Shown here: positions 30,059 through 39,665 of the stretch, in pieces
Numbering within the stretch: position 1 is the first letter of the stretch
How the letters are laid out: every line of letters begins with the position of its first letter
Source of the DNA: Candidatus Omnitrophota bacterium
GTDB taxonomy: Bacteria > Omnitrophota > Omnitrophia > Omnitrophales > Aquincolibacteriaceae
Reading direction: 5' to 3'
Length of the DNA stretch: 64,000 nucleotides
Assembly (NCBI GenBank): GCA_903856085.1
Contig: CAIOAT010000013.1
Location: 231,430-295,429 of the forward strand
Translations under genes and position numbers: made by a program
Notes under the pieces: model-generated
Database searches by the model: none
What the model was told of the DNA's origin: nothing
What the model saw: only the letters and a program-made list of their open reading frames with translations

Positions 30059-30263
30059 GACTGCCTTGTAGTGCCGTTTTTATTTATTTTTATGGGTTAA
30101 CAATACAGCCCTGCGAGCCCATAGAATCAACAGTAACACAGTGCTAGGAGAAATTAAATGCACTGAAAAGGGGGTTGCGAGGCACCATGATGAGGGAAAA
30201 GAACCTGATTTTCAAGAAGTACTTATCGAGAGAAAAACGCCTTGGAATTTTCTTGAAAAAAAT

Positions 30264-30887
30264 CTATTTTTTAAATTTAAACGTTTTTAAAACATTCTCA
30301 AATATGGGAGCGTAATCTTTGTACTGAGCAGCGACCGTCTCTATCATCAATTCGTAGGAACGGCCATTTCTCATCAAATAAACCCGTTGCCCTCTCAGTA
30401 AAACAGGCGGAGCTTTCATGTTGAACAACGGAAAGGATTCGTATTCATAGACAACAGAAAACGCTTTTTCTCGACCGACCTCTTTGACATCCTTATGAAG
30501 TATTCTGAATTTCGTAAGATTGGAGTCCGTTTTGAGACAGGCCTCCAAAAGATCGGGGGCGGTTTTCCCAACTTCAAGCGGCCGCACGGTAGCATGAATG
30601 AGCGTCGTGAATCCGTTTTCTTTATTAACAGGCCCCTGTAAATAAACCTGGTCATATTTTTCGATGCTTCCCTGGGCTTCGACAGGCTGCCACCCCTTCT
30701 CAGGGTACTCGAACGTAAAGTCTAGTACCGGATTTTTAGACTGAAAATTATGATTTTTCATTGCCGCTCGACTTTGAATGGGTGCCTTCGGTTTGAGAGG
30801 ATGAACGCCGAAAATAATTGTGACCACGAGCATTGTAACACTGAGAACCCCTAAAACCATGGCTCCCTCTTTTATTTTTATTTTCAT
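30264..30887 (-). CDS. Membrane-anchored PsbP/DcrB-like hypothetical protein
   Basis: N-terminal TM; FTFEYPEKGW and C-terminal YELMIET...YAPIFENVLKTFKF pattern typical of the PsbP/Mog1/DcrB fold. Confidence 0.55.
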   Translation of the reverse strand: MKIKIKEGAMVLGVLSVTMLVVTIIFGVHPLKPKAPIQSRAAMKNHNFQSKNPVLDFTFEYPEKGWQPVEAQGSIEKYDQVYLQGPVNKENGFTTLIHATVRPLEVGKTAPDLLEACLKTDSNLTKFRILHKDVKEVGREKAFSVVYEYESFPLFNMKAPPVLLRGQRVYLMRNGRSYELMIETVAAQYKDYAPIFENVLKTFKFKK

Positions 30888-30907
30888 AGGACCTCGTCAG
30901 ATTTTGA

Positions 30908-32095
30908 TTAATATTCCGGCAAATTATATTGAGCGTACCACTCGCGAACCTTAGCCTTCGCGGAACTTTCAGCCTTTAAAGTGCCGTTATCATTTGCGAA
31001 CGAACTAGCCTGAGAATTGACCCGCGCCCCTAATCCTGCCGAGTCAAACACCTGGTTGGGAGGTTTTTTCAAATCCATCCAGATCTGAGCTCCTGTTGAA
31101 AAAGCGGTATACTCATCATCGATCGTGCCATGCTGCGCATCGCCCGAGCGTGTATCCCCCAATAAAGGATTTGGAACACCATATTGCACCGGAGGAAAGG
31201 GGAAACTCACGTGTTTTTGCCAATCATCGTGCCATATAGCATGTTTGGTCTCATGCGCGAGCACATACGCCGCTGCGTATTGATTGCCTTCCAGCTCGGT
31301 ACTCAGTACGATGGATTTTGAGGTGCCATTCCAAGAAAAAACCCCCCAATTTCCAGCCCCCGGATCACCGAATGAAACGGGCACACTGTTGGTACGAAGC
31401 CAATCAGCAAGCTGAGTCCCTGATCCCATGCCAGAAATATCTAACGTAGTCGTTGACGATGCCAAGGTATCGAGAACTTTCGTAATTTCAGTCGTATAAC
31501 CTGTAAAAGGCGGCAAGGGCGCACTCTCCGGAAGCGTCTGCGTACTATCGGGGATACCCCCACCACCGCCCGAGCCACCACCGCCGGAACCACCACCGGA
31601 ACCACCACCGGAACCGCCGCCGGAACCGCCACCATCACCGCCGCCACCACCATCGGAACCGCCGCCGGAGCCACCACTACTGCCACCACCGCCGCCGTCG
31701 CCCGGCGAATACCCTACAAAACCGTCTTTGTCGATCTTCATTTCTTGAAGCCAGCTTTCTAATAATTCGAGAGGGGTTGCGACCGCCAGAAAATTCTCTG
31801 CGCTGGCGTCGATGATCTTGTAGCGATAGAAAAGCCCTTTGATCAAAAGTCCAAGCGCGGATTCAATCCCGGCTTCATCATCTGCTGCAACAAACTGTCC
31901 GGTCATGCCATGGCGCAGAAGTTCGGCGGCGCGGATAGCCCCGAGATTGTTGGCAGCTTCGGCTTCTTTGGCTTTTTCGGCCTGATGGAAAATATGGGGA
32001 ACCACGAGGGCAGCAAGAACCGCAAGGATCACAACCGCGATTAACACTTCAACCATCGTAAAACCGTTTTTTTTATGCTGTAGGGGATTTTTCAT
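30908..32095 (-). CDS. Type IV prepilin-like protein fused via a Gly/Ser linker to an HExxH metallopeptidase-like domain
   Basis: KKNG|FTMVEVLIAVVILAVLAALVVP (G-1, F+1, E+5); ~49-aa Gly-rich linker; AYVLAHETKHAIW with a downstream DDEYTAF. Confidence 0.8.
   Translation of the reverse strand: MKNPLQHKKNGFTMVEVLIAVVILAVLAALVVPHIFHQAEKAKEAEAANNLGAIRAAELLRHGMTGQFVAADDEAGIESALGLLIKGLFYRYKIIDASAENFLAVATPLELLESWLQEMKIDKDGFVGYSPGDGGGGGSSGGSGGGSDGGGGGDGGGSGGGSGGGSGGGSGGGGSGGGGGIPDSTQTLPESAPLPPFTGYTTEITKVLDTLASSTTTLDISGMGSGTQLADWLRTNSVPVSFGDPGAGNWGVFSWNGTSKSIVLSTELEGNQYAAAYVLAHETKHAIWHDDWQKHVSFPFPPVQYGVPNPLLGDTRSGDAQHGTIDDEYTAFSTGAQIWMDLKKPPNQVFDSAGLGARVNSQASSFANDNGTLKAESSAKAKVREWYAQYNLPEY
31557..31703. 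repeat. Gly/Ser-coding tandem repeat (GGAACCRCCRCC 12-mers on +)
   Basis: Encodes GGGGGSSGGSGGGSDGGGGGDGGGSGGGSGGGSGGGSGGGGSGGGGG. Confidence 0.85.
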
Positions 32096-33416
32096 TTTTA
32101 TTACCCTGCATGACCTCTTCCAATAGTTTTTTGTCCCGGAGTGCGGACTCCAGCTTGGGGTCCAACTCGAGCGCGCGGTTCCATTCCTTGAGAGCATTAT
32201 TGACATCAGGCATCAAAGCATAAGCCAAGCCGGCGTTTGTGTGCGCTTTCGCGTCCAGGTCATTTTTAGAAAGAATTTTCTGAAAGATCTCGAGAGCATC
32301 TTTGGGTTGGTTCATCTTAACGTAAACCAGCCCGATACTGCTGGCAATCGCCAGATTATCCGGATCTTTTTTCGCCAACTGTTCATATTGGGCAATCGCC
32401 TTTTGGTATTCTCCTTTTTGAATAAAAACCTGCGCCAACCCGCGGACCGCTCCCAAAGACGCGGGATCCTTCGCGAGGGCTTCATTAAAAGCCGCTTCGG
32501 CCATCGACCATTCTTTTATATCGAGATATAACAATCCGAAACCGAACGAAATTCGAGGATCTTTAGGATCCCGGGATAAAGCTTCATGATACTGCGTCTC
32601 GGCCTGGGAATAATTCTTCCGCAACCGTAAGATCTCCGCCTTATAAAGATACACCCTCGAGATCGCAGAAGAATTTTTGATCAAGGGCTCAAGAATCATG
32701 TCCCCCTTGTCTAATTCGCCTGCTTGGATATAAGCCGCTGCGGCATTACACGCGGCCACAACATCGTTGTTCTTGTTCACTTCTTCAAAGAACTTCGCCG
32801 CTCCCAAATAATCCCCTGACATATAAAGGCAATAAGCCATATTCCTTTTAACATCCGAGGCATCCGGCTTGAGCGTAATGATTTTTTGGTAATAGGAAAC
32901 GGCGGCTTTGTAATTCTTGGAAGTCTCATAGAGATGCGCCAAATTTAAAAGCGTATCAAGGTTGTTGGGTTTTTCCCCCAGCGCTTTGAGGAAATTCGCC
33001 TCAGCTTTTCTAATTTCACCAACGGAAGCATAAGCACTGCCGAGATTGGCATAAATGAGGGCGTTTTCGGCGCCCGAAACAATGGATTTTTCGAAAGCAT
33101 CCGCGGCATCCTGGAACCGCCCTTCCTTGTAGAGCTCCATGCCTTTGGCAAAAAAGACCTGCCTCCCCCGGACCTCAAGAAGCTCCTCCTTGCCCCCGCG
33201 CCAAATCGTTTGGATATCGCTCTTGGGAATCTTGACTTCCCCTCCCGGAGCTTGGACGGTCACGAACTTTTCGTTCTCTTTAAGGATTTTTGTTTCGATG
33301 GCATTGCCATTCTTGAGTTGGAGGATTTCGCAACGACCATTTTGCAAAAAGGAAAAAAGCAGTACGGCAAAAAGCAAGGCGCTTTTGCGTATAAGCGGGT
33401 TTGTTTTCTTTTTCAA
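32073..33416 (-). CDS. Exported tetratricopeptide repeat protein
   Basis: Likely TTG start after AGGGAG; signal-like N-terminus; small LKNG..IETKI beta domain, then roughly ten TPR motifs. Confidence 0.85.
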   Translation of the reverse strand: MKKKTNPLIRKSALLFAVLLFSFLQNGRCEILQLKNGNAIETKILKENEKFVTVQAPGGEVKIPKSDIQTIWRGGKEELLEVRGRQVFFAKGMELYKEGRFQDAADAFEKSIVSGAENALIYANLGSAYASVGEIRKAEANFLKALGEKPNNLDTLLNLAHLYETSKNYKAAVSYYQKIITLKPDASDVKRNMAYCLYMSGDYLGAAKFFEEVNKNNDVVAACNAAAAYIQAGELDKGDMILEPLIKNSSAISRVYLYKAEILRLRKNYSQAETQYHEALSRDPKDPRISFGFGLLYLDIKEWSMAEAAFNEALAKDPASLGAVRGLAQVFIQKGEYQKAIAQYEQLAKKDPDNLAIASSIGLVYVKMNQPKDALEIFQKILSKNDLDAKAHTNAGLAYALMPDVNNALKEWNRALELDPKLESALRDKKLLEEVMQGNKNEKSPTA

Positions 33417-33483
33417 AAAAAACTCCCTTGTTTGGGATGGAACAGACGGTGTGAAGTCCGCGGTCCTGTCCTTCCTTAGAAGA

Positions 33484-33846
33484 TCAAAGGGCCATTCCCA
33501 AAACATTTTTAATTTTCTTGATAATCGCCCCTGCGGGAGTCGCCTTGGAAATAAGTACGCGCCCGTGGATTTTATCCTCGTCGCCTTGGGTCACCATACC
33601 GCTTATATAAACGATGGGGATGTTTTTTGTCTTTGGATTATCCGATAAAACCCGGGCAACATCCCCTCCATCCATGCCGGGCATATTAATATCAAGAAGT
33701 ATCAAATCCGGATGCTCTGTTTTTGCCAGATTCAAACCGTCGCTTCCATTATTTGCGAGCAAGGCAAGAAATCCTGCGGGACGCAGCATGGAGGCAAGGC
33801 TTTCCGCAACTTCTTTCTCATCATCCACAATCAAGATTTTAGCCAT
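33484..33846 (-). CDS. Single-domain response regulator (receiver only)
   Basis: KILIVDDE, PDLILLDINMPGMDG, IPIVYIS, ISK motifs; SD AAGGAG. Confidence 0.93.
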   Translation of the reverse strand: MAKILIVDDEKEVAESLASMLRPAGFLALLANNGSDGLNLAKTEHPDLILLDINMPGMDGGDVARVLSDNPKTKNIPIVYISGMVTQGDEDKIHGRVLISKATPAGAIIKKIKNVLGMAL

Positions 33847-33930
33847 AAAGGTCTCCTTCAGAGCATGCGGCGATCATCGCAGATGAACTTCCTTAGTCCA
33901 TCACGATGTCGCCATTGTTCACAGGAACAA

Positions 33931-34017
33931 CGGAGAGGATAGGATTCGAACCTATGAGGCCCTTGCGAGCCTAACGGTTTTCGAGACCGCCGCATTCGAC
34001 CACTCTGCCACCTCTCC
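33931..34017 (-). tRNA. tRNA-Ser(CGA)
   Basis: GGAGAGGTGGCAGAGTGGTCGAATGCG-GCGGT-CTCGAAA-ACCGT, long variable arm, GGTTCGAATCC; CCA not encoded. Confidence 0.96.
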
Positions 34018-34117
34018 TTAACTCGATACCGCGTACGGAGTAACCGCACACTTTACAAAATTAAAAACGAGCTAAAGTCTATGTGTTCCGACCCTTCCGG
34101 TCAAGACACGAGAAAGA

Positions 34118-35890
34118 CTATCGGTCCTCCCTGCAGACCCGATTCCGGCCGTTGTCCTTAGCCCGGTAAAGCGCGGCATCGGCCCTCCGAACCATCGGGT
34201 CGGGAATATTCTCTCCGGGATGGAGCGCGGCCACTCCAAAACTGGCCGTGACAGAGATCGGTTTGCCTTCCCATTCACAGGTCAAAGCTGCGATCTTTTC
34301 CCGGAGACGCTCCGCCACATCCTCCGCGGCCTCTTTCAAATCCGCCCTCCGGAGCATAATAATGAATTCCTCGCCTCCGTAGCGAGCCGCAAAATCGATC
34401 TGGGAGAATGACCGCTTCCTGCGGATATGCGCCTCAAGGGTTTGGGCCACTTTCTTGAGCACCATATCTCCGGCCGGATGACCGTAGGTGTCGTTAATCT
34501 TTTTAAAGTGATCGATATCCAGCAAAATGACCGAAAGGGGTTGTTTCCCATTTTTTGATTCCATCACAATCTGGTTCATGATTAACCGAAAATGTCGGAT
34601 CACATAAAGGTCGGTCAAGCCGTCGCGCGTAGCAAGATGAAAGAGGCGGGATCTTTCGCGCGTCGCGGTAATCTGGACATAGATTGCCGAAAAAATAAAA
34701 AGGCAGAGCATGAGCAAGACGGGATAGACCACGTAGAACCCAAGATGCCATTTCGCAAAAGCCACAAAACAAAACGCGAGCCATCCCAAAGCAAGTAAAA
34801 GTCCCGCCACAAGCGACCCTGCCCCGGGGAGCAGGACAAAGAGGACCAGGGTCAAGCCACCGATTCCAAGAAGACAGAGCATATTCCCCAAAAACGGAAC
34901 CGGGCGCACCCAGTTTCCGGTCAGAGCAGCGTTCAGCACCTGCGCGTAGACACCGATCTTCGGATACGTAAGGCTGAAAGGCGTGATCTTGAGTTCCGAC
35001 GTCCCCGACGCTGTGGGCCCCACCAGGCATATCTTCCCGGCAATCTTTCCCGGATCCATGACTGGCCGCATCCCTTTCTGGATCGCATAAAAACTATGAA
35101 TCAAGTCCGCATAATTGTAACGCACAAAACCACGGTCCCAGACCTCGCTCCAAGGAATCAGGACTTTCCCCCGGTGATCCTCAAAGCTCCCCCATTCCTC
35201 GGCCAGCGGGATGGGTTTTTTCATTTGGTCGAACGCCACGCGCAGCGGCAGAAAAAGGCGCCTTTCTTTTCCTTCCGCGATAAAAGGATCGAACCGTCTC
35301 AGAACGCCATCCGAATCCGACGTAAGAAAGCTGTGCCCCGTCGCCCGCACCTGTTTTTCGAACTCCGGCATCGCGTGAGACCAGTACACTTTCCCTCCGC
35401 CTTGATCCAAAACCACGGGCATCCCATGCAACCAAAATTTTTTCTCTTTTTGCTGTTTCAGATCCACGGGCAAGTAAAAAGAAGTTCCCGTTTTGGAAAG
35501 CGCTTGGGCCAGGTCTGCATCGTCCTTCGGATCGGTCGGTTCTGAGAGATCAAGATCGAACACGATCGCTGCCGCCTTCCATTCGCTCAAAAGGCGTGCT
35601 GTAATCGCGTGATAACTTCGCGGCCACGGCCAAGGACCGATCTCGTCCAAAGATGTTTCCGATATTTCAATGAGAACAATGTCCGGGTGAGCTTTGCCCC
35701 AGGCGGCATGTTTTAGAAAACCGTCGCGGACCAAATCCTCAAATCGATCGAGCCGATGAGTCCCCAAAAGAAAAGCAAATACCCCAATAATGAGAAAATA
35801 AGTTCCGAGCCGGACCCAACCTTGATAATCCCGAGAGCGAATACGGGTGAAAAGTTTTTCGGTCGCTTCAATGGGTTCGTGGGGAGTCAT
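34118..35890 (-). CDS. CHASE2-domain diguanylate cyclase
   Basis: GPWPWPRSYHA and DSDGVLRR (CHASE2), 3 TM, then DIDHFKKINDTYGHPAGD and RYGGEEF. Confidence 0.92.
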   Translation of the reverse strand: MTPHEPIEATEKLFTRIRSRDYQGWVRLGTYFLIIGVFAFLLGTHRLDRFEDLVRDGFLKHAAWGKAHPDIVLIEISETSLDEIGPWPWPRSYHAITARLLSEWKAAAIVFDLDLSEPTDPKDDADLAQALSKTGTSFYLPVDLKQQKEKKFWLHGMPVVLDQGGGKVYWSHAMPEFEKQVRATGHSFLTSDSDGVLRRFDPFIAEGKERRLFLPLRVAFDQMKKPIPLAEEWGSFEDHRGKVLIPWSEVWDRGFVRYNYADLIHSFYAIQKGMRPVMDPGKIAGKICLVGPTASGTSELKITPFSLTYPKIGVYAQVLNAALTGNWVRPVPFLGNMLCLLGIGGLTLVLFVLLPGAGSLVAGLLLALGWLAFCFVAFAKWHLGFYVVYPVLLMLCLFIFSAIYVQITATRERSRLFHLATRDGLTDLYVIRHFRLIMNQIVMESKNGKQPLSVILLDIDHFKKINDTYGHPAGDMVLKKVAQTLEAHIRRKRSFSQIDFAARYGGEEFIIMLRRADLKEAAEDVAERLREKIAALTCEWEGKPISVTASFGVAALHPGENIPDPMVRRADAALYRAKDNGRNRVCREDR

Positions 35891-36061
35891 GAGAAAAGGA
35901 AGGTCGTGGTGGGAAAGCGGCCATATCTTTTACAAAGATGTGTCATAGGGAAAAATTCTACCGTACTTTTCCTTAAAGAGACAGCAATACGTAAGGGATG
36001 CGGTGTTGTTAAACCGAAAAAGTTTAACCGCGGTACTCCGTACGCTTCACGCCGTACTGTT

Positions 36062-39000
36062 TTAAGAACACCCCATGCTGTTGCCGCAATTGAGACACTT
36101 GTAGCAGGAACCGCTCCGCACAGTCACATGGCCGCAATTCGTGCAGAAGGGCGCGTCTCCCATCATGTTCGAGAGGTGTTCGTTCGCACCCGCAGCGCTA
36201 AGCGAAACGTTCTTTTTGATGGCACTCGTATGAGGCGCCGGATCTTTCACGGGAGTTTCGATCATGGGCGCTTGGGCGACACTCGGAACAGTTCTCTTAT
36301 AGATCTGCAGATCTTCGGGAGCGGGAGGGATCTGGACAAATTCCGTCATTCCAAGATATTCCATACCTAGAACGCGGAAAAGATAGTCCACGATCGAAGT
36401 GGAGAGTTTGATATTCGGATGATCGACAAGCCCCTGGGGCTCAAAGCGCGTGAACGTGAAGACGTTCACGAATTCTTCAAGCGGTACACCATATTGCAGG
36501 CCGAGTGAGACCGCGATCGCGAAGCAGTTCATCATGGAGCGGAACGCAGCGCCTTCCTTATGCATGTCGACAAAAATCTCGCCGATCGATCCGTCCGGAT
36601 ATTCCCCGGTCCGCAGATAGATCTTCTGTCCCCCGACACGAGATTCCACCGTGATCCCCGCGCGTTTTTTAGGCAAACGTTTGCGCTGCAACACGGGAGG
36701 ATGCGCGGCCTGGAGTTCGTTCTTTTTTTCAGATTTTTTATCAGAAGCCGAATCACCGGATTTTGTGTTAAGCGGCTGGGACAACTTGGAACCGTCCCGG
36801 TAAAGCGCGACGGCCTTGAGTCCCATCTTCCAGGATTCCACATAGATTTTTTCGATCTCTTCGACTGTGCTTTCGTGCGGCAAATTCACAGTCTTAGAAA
36901 TGGCACCGGAAATGAACGGTTGCGCCGCGGCCATCATGCGGACATGCGTCATGGGCTCGATGAAACGCTCGCCGTATTTTCCACATTTGTTCGCGCAATC
37001 GAAGACCGGTAAATGTTCGGGCTTGAGCAGCGGAGCCCCTTCAATGGTCATCATACCGCACACCACATTGTTGGCCTCCGTGATTTCTGATTTTGAGAAT
37101 CCGAGCGCTTCGAGTACGTTGAACCGGAGATGATTGTAATCCTCGGGTTTGAGGCCGAGACGCTTCAGCGTGTCTTCCCCGAGCGTCCACTTCGTGAAAG
37201 CAAAACTAAGATCAAAAACCGACGGCAGCATGACATCGATCTTGTCCAGCTCCGCATGGCTGAAGCCTTTCGCTGTAAGAGTCTCACGATTGATCCACGG
37301 AGTCCCTTCCAGACGCGAGGTGCCCTGGATATACTCGATGATGTTCTGGATCTCACTCTCGGCATACCCAAGTTTGTGAAGGGCCGCAGGAACGCACTGA
37401 TTGATGATCTTGAAATAGCCGCCGCCCGCGAGCTTCTTGAACTTTACAAGAGCGAAGTCCGGTTCAATCCCCGTAGTATCACAATCCATGAGAAGACCAA
37501 TCGTACCGGTCGGTGCGATCACGGAAACCTGTGCATTGCGATAGCCATACAGTTTTCCAATCTCGAAGGCATCCTCCCAATCTTCATGTGCCGCAACCAG
37601 AATATCCTGCCAGCAATGCTCCTGAGAGATCTTATGAGCGGCCGCACGGTGTTTCTCGATCACGCGCACCATAGAACTTTCATTCCTTTTATAATCGGGA
37701 AAAGCACCTTTGGAGGCCGCGATCTCCGCGGAAGTTCTATAGGCATGCCCAGTCAAAATCGCCGTGAGTGCGCTGCAGATCGCAGATGCCTGCGGGCTGT
37801 CGTAGGGAATACCGCTGACCATGAGCAGGCTTCCGAGATTAGCATAGCCAATCCCAAGCGGCCGGTAGGTATGACTGTTCCGGGTGATTTGCTCGGTCGG
37901 ATAAGAAGCATAGTCCACCAGAATATCCATCGCCGTAATGAAAACGCGAGTCGTGTGACGAAACCCTTCGACATCGAAAGTTCCATCCGCCCTCAGATAT
38001 TTCATAACATTGAGAGATGCCAGGTTACAGGCCGAATCATCCAGAAACATGTACTCCGAGCAAGGGTTGGACGCGTGGATACGGTCGGTGTTGGCGCAGG
38101 TATGCCAATCATTGATCGTAGTATCGAACTGGACGCCGGGATCAGCACACGCCCAAGCGGCAAATGCGATCTGGTCCATCAGATCCTTGGCCTGAAAAGT
38201 TTCGTGAACATCTCCGGTTGTGCGGAAACGCGTCTGCCATTTTCCGTCATTCAAGTAAGCGCGCATGAACTCATCGGAGATCCTCACCGAATTATTAGAA
38301 TTTTGTCCGCCCACCGTTTTATAAGCCTCGCCATTGAAATCCGAGGAGTATCCGGCAGCGATCAGCGCAGCGACCTTCTTTTCTTCGCGAACCTTCCAAT
38401 TAATAAAATCCATGATCTCCGGATGATCGAGATCCAGACACACCATCTTTGCCGCGCGGCGCGTGGTCCCGCCGGATTTCGTCGCACCCGCTCCGCGGTC
38501 CAGCACCTCCAAAAAGGACATAAGTCCTGACGAGGTGCCGCCGCTTGAGAGTTTTTCCTGCCTTCCCCGAAGCTTGGAGAAATTCGTTCCTGTCCCCGAT
38601 CCATATTTGAAAAGCCGGGCCTCGTTCTTGATCAGGTCAAAAATGGACATCAGGCTATCATCCACGGACTGAATAAAACAAGCCGAGCACTGCGGGTTCG
38701 AATAAGAATCCGTCGCCTGACGGATCGTGTCCGTCACAGGATCCCAGTAAAAATTACCACCGCTTCCCTTGATCCCGTAAAGATCCATTCCACAATTGAA
38801 CCAAACGGGAGAATTAAAGGCGCATTTCTGGTGAATCAGGAGGTGCAGCAATTCTTCTTCAAAGATTTGAGCATCTCCGATAGCCTTAAAGTAACCGCCG
38901 AGCTTTTCCCCTGCGATCCGGATCGAGCGGGCAATGCGCAACACCACCTGGCGGGCACTCACCTCAGAACCTGTCTCAGGGACACCGGCTTTTCGGAAAT

Positions 39001-39238
39001 ATTTTGAAACAATGATATCCGTCGCGAGCTGACTCCAGCTCTCCGGGACCTCCACGTTCTCCATCTTGAAGACCACGGAGCCGTCCGGGTTGGTAATCAC
39101 CGAGCTGCGCTTGACATATTTGATCTCATCCAGCGGATGCACGTCCGGTTTCGTAAAAAACCTCTTAAAAACAAGACCTTTCCCTGAATGCGTTGCTTCC
39201 TGGAGCGCAGATAGCTTCTCGGTCTTCATAATACTCAT
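36062..39238 (-). CDS. nrdJ: Vitamin B12-dependent (class II) ribonucleotide reductase
   Basis: FNSPVWFN, PQCSACFI, SNPCSEY, IAPTGTIG, GAISKTVN; C-terminal TSCPD-like region and Cys-rich tail ending GCS. Confidence 0.95.
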   Translation of the reverse strand: MSIMKTEKLSALQEATHSGKGLVFKRFFTKPDVHPLDEIKYVKRSSVITNPDGSVVFKMENVEVPESWSQLATDIIVSKYFRKAGVPETGSEVSARQVVLRIARSIRIAGEKLGGYFKAIGDAQIFEEELLHLLIHQKCAFNSPVWFNCGMDLYGIKGSGGNFYWDPVTDTIRQATDSYSNPQCSACFIQSVDDSLMSIFDLIKNEARLFKYGSGTGTNFSKLRGRQEKLSSGGTSSGLMSFLEVLDRGAGATKSGGTTRRAAKMVCLDLDHPEIMDFINWKVREEKKVAALIAAGYSSDFNGEAYKTVGGQNSNNSVRISDEFMRAYLNDGKWQTRFRTTGDVHETFQAKDLMDQIAFAAWACADPGVQFDTTINDWHTCANTDRIHASNPCSEYMFLDDSACNLASLNVMKYLRADGTFDVEGFRHTTRVFITAMDILVDYASYPTEQITRNSHTYRPLGIGYANLGSLLMVSGIPYDSPQASAICSALTAILTGHAYRTSAEIAASKGAFPDYKRNESSMVRVIEKHRAAAHKISQEHCWQDILVAAHEDWEDAFEIGKLYGYRNAQVSVIAPTGTIGLLMDCDTTGIEPDFALVKFKKLAGGGYFKIINQCVPAALHKLGYAESEIQNIIEYIQGTSRLEGTPWINRETLTAKGFSHAELDKIDVMLPSVFDLSFAFTKWTLGEDTLKRLGLKPEDYNHLRFNVLEALGFSKSEITEANNVVCGMMTIEGAPLLKPEHLPVFDCANKCGKYGERFIEPMTHVRMMAAAQPFISGAISKTVNLPHESTVEEIEKIYVESWKMGLKAVALYRDGSKLSQPLNTKSGDSASDKKSEKKNELQAAHPPVLQRKRLPKKRAGITVESRVGGQKIYLRTGEYPDGSIGEIFVDMHKEGAAFRSMMNCFAIAVSLGLQYGVPLEEFVNVFTFTRFEPQGLVDHPNIKLSTSIVDYLFRVLGMEYLGMTEFVQIPPAPEDLQIYKRTVPSVAQAPMIETPVKDPAPHTSAIKKNVSLSAAGANEHLSNMMGDAPFCTNCGHVTVRSGSCYKCLNCGNSMGCS

Positions 39239-39272
39239 TCTCCTCTTAAACTTTTTAAAAGCTTATTAAACA

Positions 39273-39320
39273 TTACTATATGTTGATGTATCTGATGGAG
39301 CTATCCACTACATATAGTAT
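39273..39320. promoter_or_regulatory. Tandem NrdR boxes upstream of nrdJ
   Basis: ttaCTATATGTTGatg (39273-39288) and ccaCTACATATAGtat (39305-39320) match acaCwAtATaTwGtgt and are 32 bp apart. Confidence 0.85.
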
Positions 39321-39601
39321 CGCTTTCGAATTTTTTTTCTTTAATCTTTTTTCGTTGATGGAATCTCTTGGGTGTTAAGGCTTACGTGCTTTTCCGCCCT
39401 AATCTTCTTGTTTTTCGTTAAGAGTGATCCGGAGCGCCCTGATGGCCGTTATATTTTTTTACTATTAAAAATCAAGGTTTTTCAAAATTCAAGAATGCTT
39501 CACGAATACTTTGAATTATAAAAATCTTTTAATTTTAAAAACTTTGCTCTCAACGCGCAATCCCACATGATATTTTTTCGACAGCTCGTTCAGCGAGTGG
39601 A

Positions 39602-39629
39602 ATTCTAACAAAGAAATTTTCGAAGTCAA
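39602..39629 (-). promoter_or_regulatory. Candidate sigma70 promoter upstream of nrdJ
   Basis: TTGACT-N16-TAGAAT with a TGn extension on the - strand. Confidence 0.45.
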
Positions 39630-39665
39630 ACGGTTATTAAATTTTTTTTCAAAAATTTTTATTAA

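Noticed and set aside
30059-30263. SRP RNA (ffs) or a tRNA-derived att site upstream of dnaX
   Set aside because: No CAGG-GNRA-AGCA domain IV motif and no copy of the tRNA-Ser 3' end seen.
37130-38530. 466-aa + strand ORF (similar cases at 14464-15459, 16697-17491 and 43185-44027)
   Set aside because: Antisense to nrdJ, ftsK, pnp and purH; no recognisable motifs; typical codon-bias shadows.
39239-39600. Cobalamin riboswitch upstream of nrdJ
   Set aside because: No GGGAA/GGTG..AATCC/GCCACTG B12-box elements; the region is AT-rich.
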